A program made the translations under genes and the position numbers. From positions 23,498,001-23,562,000 of the forward strand of contig OZ024744.1 of assembly GCA_964016885.1 (NCBI GenBank): DNA of 64,000 bases, written 5' to 3'. Shown one piece after another: positions 41,500-57,200 of the stretch. This stretch comes from Eledone cirrhosa. Taxonomy: Eukaryota. Every line of letters begins with the position of its first letter. Position 1 is the stretch's first letter. The notes under the pieces are model-generated. The model did no database searches and had not been told where the DNA came from. It saw nothing but the letters and a program-made list of their open reading frames with translations.

Positions 41500-44400
41500 A
41501 GTTGAATCTTAAGATAAAACTCGTTTTAACAACAGTTGAATCTTAAGAACTGACTCGTTTTAACAACAGTTCAACCTTAAGAACTGACTCGTTTTAACAA
41601 CAGTTGAATCTTTAAATAAAACTCGTTTTAACTACAGTTGAATCTTAAGAACTGACTCGTTTTAACAACAGTTGAATCTTAAGATAAAACTCGTTTTAAC
41701 AACAGTTGAATCTTAAGAACTGACTCATTTTAACAACAGTTGAATCTTAAGAACTGATTCGTTTTAACAACAGTTGAATCTTCAGATAAAACTCGTTTTA
41801 ACTACAGTTGAATCTTAAGAACTGACTCGTTTTAACAACAGTTGAATCTTAAGATAGAACTCGTTTTAACAACAGTTGAATCTTAAGAACTGACTCATTT
41901 TAACAAGAGTTGAATCTTAAGAACTGATTCGTTTTAACAACAGTTGAATCTTAAGATAAAACTCGTTTTAACAACAGTTGAATCTTAAGAACTGACTCGT
42001 TTTAACAACAGCTGAATCTTAAGATAAAACTCGTTTTGCAACAGTTGAATCTTAAGAACTGACTCGTTTTATCAACAGTTCAACATTAAGAACTGACTCA
42101 TTTTAACAACAGTTGAATCTTCAAATAAAACTCGTTTTAACAACAGTTGATTCTTCAGAACTGACTCGTTTTAACAACAGTTGAATCTTAAGATAAAACT
42201 CGTTTTAACAACAGTTGAATCTTAAGAACTGACTCATTTTAACAACAGCTGAATCTTTAGATAAAACTCGTTTTAACAACAGTTGAATCTTAAGAACTGA
42301 CTCGTTTTAACAACAGTTGAATCCTCAAATAAAACTCGTTTTAACAACAGTTGAATCTTAATAACTCACTCGTTTTAACAACAGTTGAATCTTAAGATAA
42401 AACTCGTTTTAACAACAGTTGAATCTTAAGAACTGACTCATTTTAACAACAGTTGAATCTTAAGAACTGATTCGTTTTAACAACAGTTGAATCTTCAGAT
42501 AAAACTCGTTTTAACTACAGTTGAATCTTAATTACTGACTAGTTTTAACAACAGTTGAATCTTAAGATAAAACTCGTTTTAACAACAGTTGAATCTTAAG
42601 AACTGGCTCATTTTAACAACAGTTGAATCTTAAGAACTGATTCGTTTTAACAACAGTTGAATCTTAAGATAAAACTCGTTTTAACAACAGTTGAATCTTA
42701 AGAACTGACTCGTTTTAATAACAGTTGAATCTTAAGATAAAACTCGTTTTAACAACAGTTGAATCTTAAGAACTGACTCGTTTTAACAACAGCTGAATCT
42801 TAAGATAAAACTCGTTTTACAACAGTTGAATCTTAAGAACTGACTCGTTTTATCAACAGTTCAACCTTAAGAACTGACTCATCCTAACAACAGTTGAATC
42901 TTCAAATAAAACTCGTTTTAACAACAGTTGAATCTTAAGAACTCATTCGTTTTAACAACAGCTGAATCTTAAGATAAAACTCGTTTTAACAACAGTTGAA
43001 TCTTAAGAACTGATTCGTTTTAACAACAGCTGAATCTTAAGATAAAACTCTTTTTAACAACAGTTGAATCTTAAGAACTGACTCGTTTTATCAACAGTTC
43101 AACCTCAAGCACTGACTCGTTTTAACAACAGTTGAATCTTCAAATAAAACTCGTTTTAACAACAGTTGATTCTTCAGAACTGACTCGTTTTAACAACAGT
43201 TGAATCTTAAGATAAAACTCGTTTTAACAACAGTTGAATCTTAAGAACTGACTCGTTTTAATAACAGTTGAATCGTAAGATAAAACTCGTTTTAACAACA
43301 GTTGAATCTTAAGAACTGACTCGTTTTAACAACAGCTGAATCTTAAGATAAAACTCTTTTTAACAACAGTTGAATCTTAAGAACTGACTCGTTTTATCAA
43401 CAGTTCAACATTAAGCACTGACTCGTTTTAACAACAGTTGAATCTTCAAATAAAACTCGTTTTAACAACAGTTGATTCTTCAGAACTGACTCGTTTTAAC
43501 AACAGTTGAATCTTAAGATAAAACTCGTTTTAACAACAGTTGAATCTTAAGAACTGACTCATTTTAACAACAGCTGAATCTCTAGATAAAACTCGTTATA
43601 ACAACAGTTGAATCTTAAGGTAAAATTCGTTTTAACAACAGTTGAATCTTAAGAACTGACTCGTTTTAACAACAGCTGAATCTTAAGATAAAACTCGTTT
43701 TAACAACAGTTGAATCTTAAGAACTGACTCGTTTTATCAACAGTTCAACCTTAAGCACTGACTCGTTTTAACAACAGTTGAATCTTCAAATAAAACTCGT
43801 TTTAACAACAGTTGAATCTTAAGAACTGACTCATTTTAACAACAGTTGAATCTTAAGAACTGATTCGTTTTAACAACAGTTGAATCTTAAGATAAAACTC
43901 GTTTTAACAACAGTTGAATCTTAAGAACTGACTCGTTTTAACAACAGCTGAATCTTAAGATAAAACTCGTTTTACAACAGTTGAATCTTAAGAACTGACT
44001 CGTTTTATCAACAGTTCAACCTTAAGAACTGACTCATCCTAACAACAGTTGAATCTTCAAATAGAACTCGTTTTAACAACAGTTGAATCTTAAGAACTGA
44101 TTCGTTTTAACAACAGCTGAATCATAAGATAAAACTCGTTTTAACAACAGTTGAATCTTAAGATAAAATTCGTTTTAACAACAGTTGAATCTTAAGAACT
44201 GACTCGTTTTAACAACAGCTGAATCTTAAGATAAAACTCTTTTTAACAACAGTTGAATCTTAAGAACTGACTCGTTTTATCAACAGTTCAACCTTAAGCA
44301 CTGACTCGTTTTAACAACAGTTGAATCTTCAAATAAAACTCGTTTTAACAACAGTTGATTCTTCAGAACTGACTCGTTTTAATAACAGTTGAATCCTAAG

Positions 44401-47400
44401 ATAAAACTCGTTTTAACAACAGTTGAATCTTAAGAACTCATTCGTTTTAACAACAGCTGAATCTTAAGATAAAACTCGTTTTAACAACAGTTGAATCTTA
44501 AGAACTGATTCGTTTTAACAACAGCTGAATCTTAAGATACAACTCTTTTTAACAACAGTTGAATCTTAAGAACTGACTCGTTTTATCAACAGTTCAACCT
44601 CAAGCACTGACTCGTTTTAACAACAGTTGAATCTTCAAATAAAACTCGTTTTAACAACAGTTGATTCTTCAGAACTGACTCGTTTTAACAACAGTTGAAT
44701 CTTAAGATAAAACTCGTTTTAACAACAGTTGAATCTTAAGAACTGACTCGTTTTAATAACAGTTGAATCTTAAGATAAAACTCGTTTTAACAACAGTTGA
44801 ATCTTAAGAACTGACTCGTTTTAACAACAGCTGAATCTTAAGATAAAACTCTTTTTAACAACAGTTGAATCTTAAGAACTGACTCGTTTTATCAACAATT
44901 CAACATTAAGCACTGACTCGTTTTAACAACAGTTGAATTTTTAAATAAAACTCGTTTTAACAACAGTTGATTCTTCAGAACTGACTCGTTTTAACAACAG
45001 TTGAATCTTAAGATAAAACTCGTTTTAACAACAGTTGAATCTTAAGAACTGACTTATTTTAACAACAGCTGAATCTCTAGATAAAACTCGTTATAACAAC
45101 AGTTGAATCTTAAGGTAAAATTCGTTTTAACAACAGTTGAATCTTAAGAACTGACTCGTTTTAACAACAGCTGAATCTTAAGATAAAACTCTTTTTAACA
45201 ACAGTTGAATCTTAAGAACTGACTCGTTTTATCAACAGTTCAACATTAAGCACTGACTCGTTTTAACAACAGTTGAATCTTCAAATAAAACTCGTTTTAA
45301 CAACAGTTGAATCTTAAGAACTGACTCATTTTAACAACAGTTGAATCTTAAGAACTGATTCGTTTTAACAACAGTTGAATCTTAAGATAAAACTCGTTTT
45401 AACAACAGTTGAATCTTAAGAACTGACTCGTTTTAACAACAGCTGAATCTTAAGATAAAACTCGTTTTACAACAGTTGAATCTTAAGAACTGACTCGTTT
45501 TATCAACAGTTCAACATTAAGAACTGACTCATTTTAACAACAGTTGAATCTTCAAATAAAACTCGTTTTAACAACAGTTGATTCTTCAGAACTGACTCGT
45601 TTTAACAACAGTTGAATCTTAAGATAAACTCGTTTTAACAACAGTTGAATCTTAAGAACTGACTCATTTTAACAACAGCTGAATCTTTAGATAAAACTCG
45701 TTTTAACAACAGTTGAATCTTAAGAACTGACTCGTTTTAACAACAGTTGAATCCTCAAATAAAACTCGTTTTAACAACAGTTGAATCTTAATAACTCACT
45801 CGTTTTAACAACAGTTGAATCTTAAGATAAAACTCGTTTTAACAACAGTTGAATCTTAAGAACTGACTCATTTTAACAACAGTTGAATCTTAAGAACTGA
45901 TTCGTTTTAACAACAGTTGAATCTTCAGATAAAACTCGTTTTAACTACAGTTGAATCTTAATTACTGACTAGTTTTAACAACAGTTGAATCTTAAGATAA
46001 AACTCGTTTTAACAACAGTTGAATCTTAAGAACTGGCTCATTTTAACAACAGTTGAATCTTAAGAACTGATTCGTTTTAACAACAGTTGAATCTTAAGAT
46101 AAAACTCGTTTTAACAACAGTTGAATCTTAAGAACTGACTCGTTTTAATAACAGTTGAATCTTAAGATAAAACTCGTTTTAACAACAGTTGAATCTTAAG
46201 AACTGACTCGTTTTAACAACAGCTGAATCTTAAGATAAAACTCGTTTTACAACAGTTGAATCTTAAGAACTGACTCGTTTTATCAACAGTTCAACCTTAA
46301 GAACTGACTCATCCTAACAACAGTTGAATCTTCAAATAAAACTCGTTTTAACAACAGTTGAATCTTAAGAACTCATTCGTTTTAACAACAGCTGAATCTT
46401 AAGATAAAACTCGTTTTAACAACAGTTGAATCTTAAGAACTGATTCGTTTTAACAACAGCTGAATCTTAAGATAAAACTCTTTTTAACAACAGTTGAATC
46501 TTAAGAACTGACTCGTTTTATCAACAGTTCAACCTCAAGCACTGACTCGTTTTAACAACAGTTGAATCTTCAAATAAAACTCGTTTTAACAACAGTTGAT
46601 TCTTCAGAACTGACTCGTTTTAACAACAGTTGAATCTTAAGATAAAACTCGTTTTAACAACAGTTGAATCTTAAGAACTGACTCGTTTTAATAACAGTTG
46701 AATCGTAAGATAAAACTCGTTTTAACAACAGTTGAATCTTAAGAACTGACTCGTTTTAACAACAGCTGAATCTTAAGATAAAACTCTTTTTAACAACAGT
46801 TGAATCTTAAGAACTGACTCGTTTTATCAACAGTTCAACATTAAGCACTGACTCGTTTTAACAACAGTTGAATCTTCAAATAAAACTCGTTTTAACAACA
46901 GTTGATTCTTCAGAACTGACTCGTTTTAACAACAGTTGAATCTTAAGATAAAACTCGTTTTAACAACAGTTGAATCTTAAGAACTGACTCATTTTAACAA
47001 CAGCTGAATCTCTAGATAAAACTCGTTATAACAACAGTTGAATCTTAAGGTAAAATTCGTTTTAACAACAGTTGAATCTTAAGAACTGACTCGTTTTAAC
47101 AACAGCTGAATCTTAAGATAAAACTCGTTTTAACAACAGTTGAATCTTAAGAACTGACTCGTTTTATCAACAGTTCAACCTTAAGCACTGACTCGTTTTA
47201 ACAACAGTTGAATCTTCAAATAAAACTCGTTTTAACAACAGTTGAATCTTAAGAACTGACTCATTTTAACAACAGTTGAATCTTAAGAACTGATTCGTTT
47301 TAACAACAGTTGAATCTTAAGATAAAACTCGTTTTAACAACAGTTGAATCTTAAGAACTGACTCGTTTTAACAACAGCTGAATCTTAAGATAAAACTCGT

Positions 47401-50400
47401 TTTACAACAGTTGAATCTTAAGAACTGACTCGTTTTATCAACAGTTCAACCTTAAGAACTGACTCATCCTAACAACAGTTGAATCTTCAAATAGAACTCG
47501 TTTTAACAACAGTTGAATCTTAAGAACTGATTCGTTTTAACAACAGCTGAATCTTAAGATAAAACTCGTTTTAACAACAGTTGAATCTTAAGATAAAATT
47601 CGTTTTAACAACAGTTGAATCTTAAGAACTGACTCGTTTTAACAACAGCTGAATCTTAAGATAAAACTCTTTTTAACAACAGTTGAATCTTAAGAACTGA
47701 CTCGTTTTATCAACAGTTCAACCTTAAGCACTGACTCGTTTTAACAACAGTTGAATCTTCAAATAAAACTCGTTTTAACAACAGTTGATTCTTCAGAACT
47801 GACTCGTTTTAATAACAGTTGAATCTTAAGATAAAACTCGTTTTAACAACAGTTGAATCTTAAGAACTCATTCGTTTTAACAACAGCTGAATCTTAAGAT
47901 AAAACTCGTTTTAACAACAGTTGAATCTTAAGAACTGATTCGTTTTAACAACAGCTGAATCTTAAGATAAAACTCTTTTTAACAACAGTTGAATCTTAAG
48001 AACTGACTCGTTTTATCAACAGTTCAACCTCAAGCACTGACTCGTTTTAACAACAGTTGAATCTTCAAATAAAACTCGTTTTAACAACAGTTGATTCTTC
48101 AGAACTGACTCGTTTTAACAACAGTTGAATCTTAAGATAAAACTCGTTTTAACAACAGTTGAATCTTAAGAACTGACTCGTTTTAATAACAGTTGAATCT
48201 TAAGATAAAACTCGTTTTAACAACAGTTGAATCTTAAGAACTGACTCGTTTTAACAACAGCTGAATCTTAAGATAAAACTCTTTTTAACAACAGTTGAAT
48301 CTTAAGAACTGACTCGTTTTATCAACAGTTCAACATTAAGCACTGACTCGTTTTAACAACAGTTGAATTTTTAAATAAAACTCGTTTTAACAACAGTTGA
48401 TTCTTCAGAACTGACTCGTTTTAACAACAGTTGAATCTTAAGATAAAACTCGTTTTAACAACAGTTGAATCTTAAGAACTGACTCATTTTAACAACAGCT
48501 GAATCTCTAGATAAAACTCGTTATAACAACAGTTGAATCTTAAGGTAAAATTCGTTTTAACAACAGTTGAATCTTAAGAACTGACTCGTTTTAACAACAG
48601 CTGAATCTTAAGATAAAACTCTTTTTAACAACAGTTGAATCTTAAGAACTGACTCGTTTTATCAACAGTTCAACATTAAGCACTGACTCGTTTTAACAAC
48701 AGTTGAATCTTCAAATAAAACTCGTTTTAACAACAGTTGATTCTTCAGAACTGACTCGTTTTAACAACAGTTGAATCTTAAGATAAAACTCGTTTTAACA
48801 ACAGTTGAATCTTAAGAACTGACTCATTTTAACAACAGCTGAATCTCTAGATAGAACTCGTTATAACAACAGTTGAATCTTAAGGTAAAATTCGTTTTAA
48901 CAACAGTTGAATCTTAAGAACTGACTCGTTTTAACAACAGCTGAATCTTAAGATAAAACTCGTTTTAACAACAGTTGAATCTTAAGAACTGACTCGTTTT
49001 ATCAACAGTTCAACCTTAAGCACTGACTCGTTTTAACAACAGTTGAATCTTCAAATAAAACTCGTTTTAACAACAGTTGAATCTTAAGAACTGACTCATT
49101 TTAACAACAGTTGAATCTTAAGAACTGATTCGTTTTAACAACAGTTGAATCTTAAGATAAAACTCGTTTTAACAACAGTTGAATCTTAAGAACTGACTCG
49201 TTTTAACAACAGCTGAATCTTAAGATAAAACTCGTTTTACAACAGTTGAATCTTAAGAACTGACTCGTTTTATCAACAGTTCAACCTTAAGAACTGACTC
49301 ATCCTAACAACAGTTGAATCTTCAAATAGAACTCGTTTTAACAACAGTTGAATCTTAAGAACTGATTCGTTTTAACAACAGCTGAATCTTAAGATAAAAC
49401 TCGTTTTAACAACAGTTGAATCTTAAGAACTGACTCGTTTTAACAACAGTTCAACCTTAAGAACTGACTCGTTTTAACAACAGTTGAATCTTTAAATAAA
49501 ACTCGTTTTAACTACAGTTGAATCTTAAGAACTGACTCGTTTTAACAACAGTTGAATCTTAAGATAAAACTCGTTTTAACAACAGTTGAATCTTAAGAAC
49601 TGACTCATTTTAACAACAGTTGAATCTTAAGAACTGATTCGTTTTAACAACAGTTGAATCTTCAGATAAAACTCGTTTTAACTACAGTTGAATCTTAAGA
49701 ACTGACTCGTTTTAACAACAGTTGAATCTTAAGATAGAACTCGTTTTAACAACAGTTGAATCTTAAGAACTGACTCATTTTAACAAGAGTTGAATCTTAA
49801 GAACTGATTCGTTTTAACAACAGTTGAATCTTAAGATAAAACTCGTTTTAACAACAGTTGAATCTTAAGAACTGACTCGTTTTAACAACAGCTGAATCTT
49901 AAGATAAAACTCGTTTTGCAACAGTTGAATCTTAAGAACTGACTCGTTTTATCAACAGTTCAACATTAAGAACTGACTCATTTTAACAACAGTTGAATCT
50001 TCAAATAAAACTCGTTTTAACAACAGTTGATTCTTCAGAACTGACTCGTTTTAACAACAGTTGAATCTTAAGATAAAACTCGTTTTAACAACAGTTGAAT
50101 CTTAAGAACTGACTCATTTTAACAACAGCTGAATCTTTAGATAAAACTCGTTTTAACAACAGTTGAATCTTAAGAACTGACTCGTTTTAACAACAGTTGA
50201 ATCCTCAAATAAAACTCGTTTTAACAACAGTTGAATCTTAATAACTCACTCGTGTTAACAACAGTTGAATCTTAAGATAAAACTCGTTTTAACAACAGTT
50301 GAATCTTAAGAACTGACTCATTTTAACAACAGTTGAATCTTAAGAACTGATTCGTTTTAACAACAGTTGAATCTTCAGATAAAACTCGTTTTAACTACAG

Positions 50401-53400
50401 TTGAATCTTAATTACTGACTAGTTTTAACAACAGTTGAATCTTAAGATAAAACTCGTTTTAACAACAGTTGAATCTTAAGAACTGGCTCATTTTAACAAC
50501 AGTTGAATCTTAAGAACTGATTCGTTTTAACAACAGTTGAATCTTAAGATAAAACTCGTTTTAACAACAGTTGAATCTTAAGAACTGACTCGTTTTAATA
50601 ACAGTTGAATCTTAAGATAAAACTCGTTTTAACAACAGTTGAATCTTAAGAACTGACTCGTTTTAACAACAGCTGAATCTTAAGATAAAACTCGTTTTAC
50701 AACAGTTGAATCTTAAGAACTGACTCGTTTTATCAACAGTTCAACCTTAAGAACTGACTCATCCTAACAACAGTTGAATCTTCAAATAAAACTCGTTTTA
50801 ACAACAGTTGAATCTTAAGAACTCATTCGTTTTAACAACAGCTGAATCTTAAGATAAAACTCGTTTTAACAACAGTTGAATCTTAAGAACTGATTCGTTT
50901 TAACAACAGCTGAATCTTAAGATAAAACTCTTTTTAACAACAGTTGAATCTTAAGAACTGACTCGTTTTATCAACAGTTCAACCTCAAGCACTGACTCGT
51001 TTTAACAACAGTTGAATCTTCAAATAAAACTCGTTTTAACAACAGTTGATTCTTCAGAACTGACTCGTTTTAACAACAGTTGAATCTTAAGATAAAACTC
51101 GTTTTAACAACAGTTGAATCTTAAGAACTGACTCGTTTTAATAACAGTTGAATCGTAAGATAAAACTCGTTTTAACAACAGTTGAATCTTAAGAACTGAC
51201 TCGTTTTAACAACAGCTGAATCTTAAGATAAAACTCTTTTTAACAACAGTTGAATCTTAAGAACTGACTCGTTTTATCAACAGTTCAACATTAAGCACTG
51301 ACTCGTTTTAACAACAGTTGAATCTTCAAATAAAACTCGTTTTAACAACAGTTGATTCTTCAGAACTGACTCGTTTTAACAACAGTTGAATCTTAAGATA
51401 AAACTCGTTTTAACAACAGTTGAATCTTAAGAACTGACTCATTTTAACAACAGCTGAATCTCTAGATAAAACTCGTTATAACAACAGTTGAATCTTAAGG
51501 TAAAATTCGTTTTAACAACAGTTGAATCTTAAGAACTGACTCGTTTTAACAACAGCTGAATCTTAAGATAAAACTCGTTTTAACAACAGTTGAATCTTAA
51601 GAACTGACTCGTTTTATCAACAGTTCAACCTTAAGCACTGACTCGTTTTAACAACAGTTGAATCTTCAAATAAAACTCGTTTTAACAACAGTTGAATCTT
51701 AAGAACTGACTCATTTTAACAACAGTTGAATCTTAAGAACTGATTCGTTTTAACAACAGTTGAATCTTAAGATAAAACTCGTTTTAACAACAGTTGAATC
51801 TTAAGAACTGACTCGTTTTAACAACAGCTGAATCTTAAGATAAAACTCGTTTTACAACAGTTGAATCTTAAGAACTGACTCGTTTTATCAACAGTTCAAC
51901 CTTAAGAACTGACTCATCCTAACAACAGTTGAATCTTCAAATAGAACTCGTTTTAACAACAGTTGAATCTTAAGAACTGATTCGTTTTAACAACAGCTGA
52001 ATCTTAAGATAAAACTCGTTTTAACAACAGTTGAATCTTAAGATAAAATTCGTTTTAACAACAGTTGAATCTTAAGAACTGACTCGTTTTAACAACAGCT
52101 GAATCTTAAGATAAAACTCTTTTTAACAACAGTTGAATCTTAAGAACTGACTCGTTTTATCAACAGTTCAACCTTAAGCACTGACTCGTTTTAACAACAG
52201 TTGAATCTTCAAATAAAACTCGTTTTAACAACAGTTGATTCTTCAGAACTGACTCGTTTTAATAACAGTTGAATCTTAAGATAAAACTCGTTTTAACAAC
52301 AGTTGAATCTTAAGAACTCATTCGTTTTAACAACAGCTGAATCTTAAGATAAAACTCGTTTTAACAACAGTTGAATCTTAAGAACTGATTCGTTTTAACA
52401 ACAGCTGAATCTTAAGATAAAACTCTTTTTAACAACAGTTGAATCTTAAGAACTGACTCGTTTTATCAACAGTTCAACCTCAAGCACTGACTCGTTTTAA
52501 CAACAGTTGAATCTTCAAATAAAACTCGTTTTAACAACAGTTGATTCTTCAGAACTGACTCGTTTTAACAACAGCTGAATCTTAAGATAAAACTCGTTTT
52601 AACAACAGTTGAATCTTAAGAACTGACTCGTTTTAATAACAGTTGAATCTTAAGATAAAACTCGTTTTAACAACAGTTGAATCTTAAGAACTGACTCGTT
52701 TTAACAACAGCTGAATCTTAAGATAAAACTCTTTTTAACAACAGTTGAATCTTAAGAACTGACTCGTTTTATCAACAGTTCAACATTAAGCACTGACTCG
52801 TTTTAACAACAGTTGAATTTTTAAATAAAACTCGTTTTAACAACAGTTGATTCTTCAGAACTGACTCGTTTTAACAACAGTTGAATCTTAAGATAAAACT
52901 CGTTTTAACAACAGTTGAATCTTAAGAACTGACTCATTTTAACAACAGCTGAATCTCTAGATAAAACTCGTTATAACAACAGTTGAATCTTAAGGTAAAA
53001 TTCGTTTTAACAACAGTTGAATCTTAAGAACTGACTCGTTTTAACAACAGCTGAATCTTAAGATAAAACTCTTTTTAACAACAGTTGAATCTTAAGAACT
53101 GACTCGTTTTATCAACAGTTCAACATTAAGCACTGACTCGTTTTAACAACAGTTGAATCTTCAAATAAAACTCGTTTTAACAACAGTTGATTCTTCAGAA
53201 CTGACTCGTTTTAACAACAGTTGAATCTTAAGATAAAACTCGTTTTAACAACAGTTGAATCTTAAGAACTGACTCATTTTAACAACAGCTGAATCTCTAG
53301 ATAAAACTCGTTATAACAACAGTTGAATCTTAAGGTAAAATTCGTTTTAACAACAGTTGAATCTTAAGAACTGACTCGTTTTAACAACAGCTGAATCTTA

Positions 53401-56400
53401 AGATAAAACTCGTTTTAACAACAGTTGAATCTTAAGAACTGACTCGTTTTATCAACAGTTCAACCTTAAGCACTGACTCGTTTTAACAACAGTTGAATCT
53501 TCAAATAAAACTCGTTTTAACAACAGTTGAATCTTAAGAACTGACTCATTTTAACAACAGTTGAATCTTAAGAACTGATTCGTTTTAACAACAGTTGAAT
53601 CTTAAGATAAAACTCGTTTTAACAACAGTTGAATCTTAAGAACTGACTCGTTTTAACAACAGCTGAATCTTAAGATAAAACTCGTTTTACAACAGTTGAA
53701 TCTTAAGAACTGACTCGTTTTATCAACAGTTCAACCTTAAGAACTGACTCATCCTAACAACAGTTGAATCTTCAAATAGAACTCGTTTTAACAACAGTTG
53801 AATCTTAAGAACTGATTCGTTTTAACAACAGCTGAATCTTAAGATAAAACTCGTTTTAACAACAGTTGAATCTTAAGATAAAATTCGTTTTAACAACAGT
53901 TGAATCTTAAGAACTGACTCGTTTTAACAACAGCTGAATCTTAAGATAAAACTCTTTTTAACAACAGTTGAATCTTAAGAACTGACTCGTTTTATCAACA
54001 GTTCAACCTTAAGCACTGACTCGTTTTAACAACAGTTGAATCTTCAAATAAAACTCGTTTTAACAACAGTTGATTCTTCAGAACTGACTCGTTTTAATAA
54101 CAGTTGAATCTTAAGATAAAACTCGTTTTAACAACAGTTGAATCTTAAGAACTCATTCGTTTTAACAACAGCTGAATCTTAAGATAAAACTCGTTTTAAC
54201 AACAGTTGAATCTTAAGAACTGATTCGTTTTAACAACAGCTGAATCTTAAGATAAAACTCTTTTTAACAACAGTTGAATCTTAAGAACTGACTCGTTTTA
54301 TCAACAGTTCAACCTCAAGCACTGACTCGTTTTAACAACAGTTGAATCTTCAAATAAAACTCGTTTTAACAACAGTTGATTCTTCAGAACTGACTCGTTT
54401 TAACAACAGTTGAATCTTAAGATAAAACTCGTTTTAACAACAGTTGAATCTTAAGAACTGACTCGTTTTAATAACAGTTGAATCTTAAGATAAAACTCGT
54501 TTTAACAACAGTTGAATCTTAAGAACTGACTCGTTTTAACAACAGCTGAATCTTAAGATAAAACTCTTTTTAACAACAGTTGAATCTTAAGAACTGACTC
54601 GTTTTATCAACAGTTCAACATTAAGCACTGACTCGTTTTAACAACAGTTGAATTTTTAAATAAAACTCGTTTTAACAACAGTTGATTCTTCAGAACTGAC
54701 TCGTTTTAACAACAGTTGAATCTTAAGATAAAACTCGTTTTAACAACAGTTGAATCTTAAGAACTGACTCATTTTAACAACAGCTGAATCTCTAGATAAA
54801 ACTCGTTATAACAACAGTTGAATCTTAAGGTAAAATTCGTTTTATCAACAGTTCAACCTTAAGCACTGACTCGTTTTAACAACAGTTGAATCTTCAAATA
54901 AAACTCGTTTTAACAACAGTTGAATCTTAAGAACTGACTCATTTTAACAACAGTTGAATCTTAAGAACTGATTCGTTTTAACAACAGTTGAATCTTAAGA
55001 TAAAACTCGTTTTAACAACAGTTGAATCTTAAGAACTGACTCGTTTTAACAACAGCTGAATCTTAAGATAAAACTCGTTTTACAACAGTTGAATCTTAAG
55101 AACTGACTCGTTTTATCAACAGTTCAACCTTAAGAACTGACTCATCCTAACAACAGTTGAATCTTCAAATAGAACTCGTTTTAACAACAGTTGAATCTTA
55201 AGAACTGATTCGTTTTAACAACAGCTGAATCTTAAGATAAAACTCGTTTTAACAACAGTTGAATCTTAAGATAAAATTCGTTTTAACAACAGTTGAATCT
55301 TAAGAACTGACTCGTTTTAACAACAGCTGAATCTTAAGATAAAACTCTTTTTAACAACAGTTGAATCTTAAGAACTGACTCGTTTTATCAACAGTTCAAC
55401 CTTAAGCACTGACTCGTTTTAACAACAGTTGAATCTTCAAATAAAACTCGTTTTAACAACAGTTGATTCTTCAGAACTGACTCGTTTTAATAACAGTTGA
55501 ATCTTAAGATAAAACTCGTTTTAACAACAGTTGAATCTTAAGAACTCATTCGTTTTAACAACAGCTGAATCTTAAGATAAAACTCGTTTTAACAACAGTT
55601 GAATCTTAAGAACTGATTCGTTTTAACAACAGCTGAATCTTAAGATAAAACTCGTTTTAACAACAGTTGAATCTTAAGAACTGACTCGTTTTAATAACAG
55701 TTGAATCTTAAGATAAAACTCGTTTTAACAACAGTTGAATCTTAAGAACTGACTCGTTTTAACAACAGCTGAATCTTAAGATAAAACTCTTTTTAACAAC
55801 AGTTGAATCTTAAGAACTGACTCGTTTTATCAACAGTTCAACATTAAGCACTGACTCGTTTTAACAACAGTTGAATTTTTAAATAAAACTCGTTTTAACA
55901 ACAGTTGATTCTTCAGAACTGACTCGTTTTAACAACAGTTGAATCTTAAGATAAAACTCGTTTTAACAACAGTTGAATCTTAAGAACTGACTCATTTTAA
56001 CAACAGCTGAATCTCTAGATAAAACTCGTTATAACAACAGTTGAATCTTAAGGTAAAATTCGTTTTAACAACAGTTGAATCTTAAGAACTGACTCGTTTT
56101 AACAACAGCTGAATCTTAAGATAAAACTCTTTTTAATAACAGTTGAATCTTAAGAACTGACTCGTTTTATCAACAGTTCAACATTAAGCACTGACTCGTT
56201 TTAACAACAGTTGAATCTTCAAATAAAACTCGTTTTAACAACAGTTGATTCTTCAGAACTGACTCGTTTTAACAACAGTTGAATCTTAAGATAAAACTCG
56301 TTTTAACAACAGTTGAATCTTAAGAACTGACTCATTTTAACAACAGCTGAATCTCTAGATAAAACTCGTTATAACAACAGTTGAATCGTAAGGTAAAATT

Positions 56401-57200
56401 CGTTTTAACAACAGTTGAATCTTAAGAACTGACTCGTTTTAACAACAGCTGAATCTTAAGATAAAACTCGTTTTAACAACAGTTGAATCTTAAGAACTGA
56501 CTCGTTTTATCAACAGTTCAACCTTAAGCACTGACTCGTTTTAACAACAGTTGAATCTTCAAATAAAACTCGTTTTAACAACAGTTGAATCTTAAGAACT
56601 GACTCATTTTAACAACAGTTGAATCTTAAGAACTGATTCGTTTTAACAACAGTTGAATCTTAAGATAAAACTCGTTTTAACAACAGTTGAATCTTAAGAA
56701 CTGACTCGTTTTAACAACAGCTGAATCTTAAGATAAAACTCGTTTTACAACAGTTGAATCTTAAGAACTGACTCGTTTTATCAACAGTTCAACCTTAAGA
56801 ACTGACTCATCCTAACAACAGTTGAATCTTCAAATAGAACTCGTTTTAACAACAGTTGAATCTTAAGAACTGATTCGTTTTAACAACAGCTGAATCTTAA
56901 GATAAAACTCGTTTTAACAACAGTTGAATCTTAAGATAAAATTCGTTTTAACAACAGTTGAATCTTAAGAACTGACTCGTTTTAACAACAGCTGAATCTT
57001 AAGATAAAATTCTTTTTAACAACAGTTGAATCTTAAGAACTGACTCGTTTTATCAACAGTTCAACCTTAAGCACTGACTCGTTTTAACAACAGTTGAATC
57101 TTCAAATAAAACTCGTTTTAACAACAGTTGATTCTTCAGAACTGACTCGTTTTAATAACAGTTGAATCTTAAGATAAAACTCGTTTTAACAACAGTTGAA
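41500..57200. repeat. Locally expanded sub-domain with private variants; nested 1835-, 3430- and 7880-bp offsets; boundaries approximate
   Basis: AATCTTAATTACTGACTAG at 42524/45954/50404. TAACAAGAGT at 41901/49781. AATCTTCAAATAGAA at 44052/47482/49317/51932/53767/55160/56825. Confidence 0.8.
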
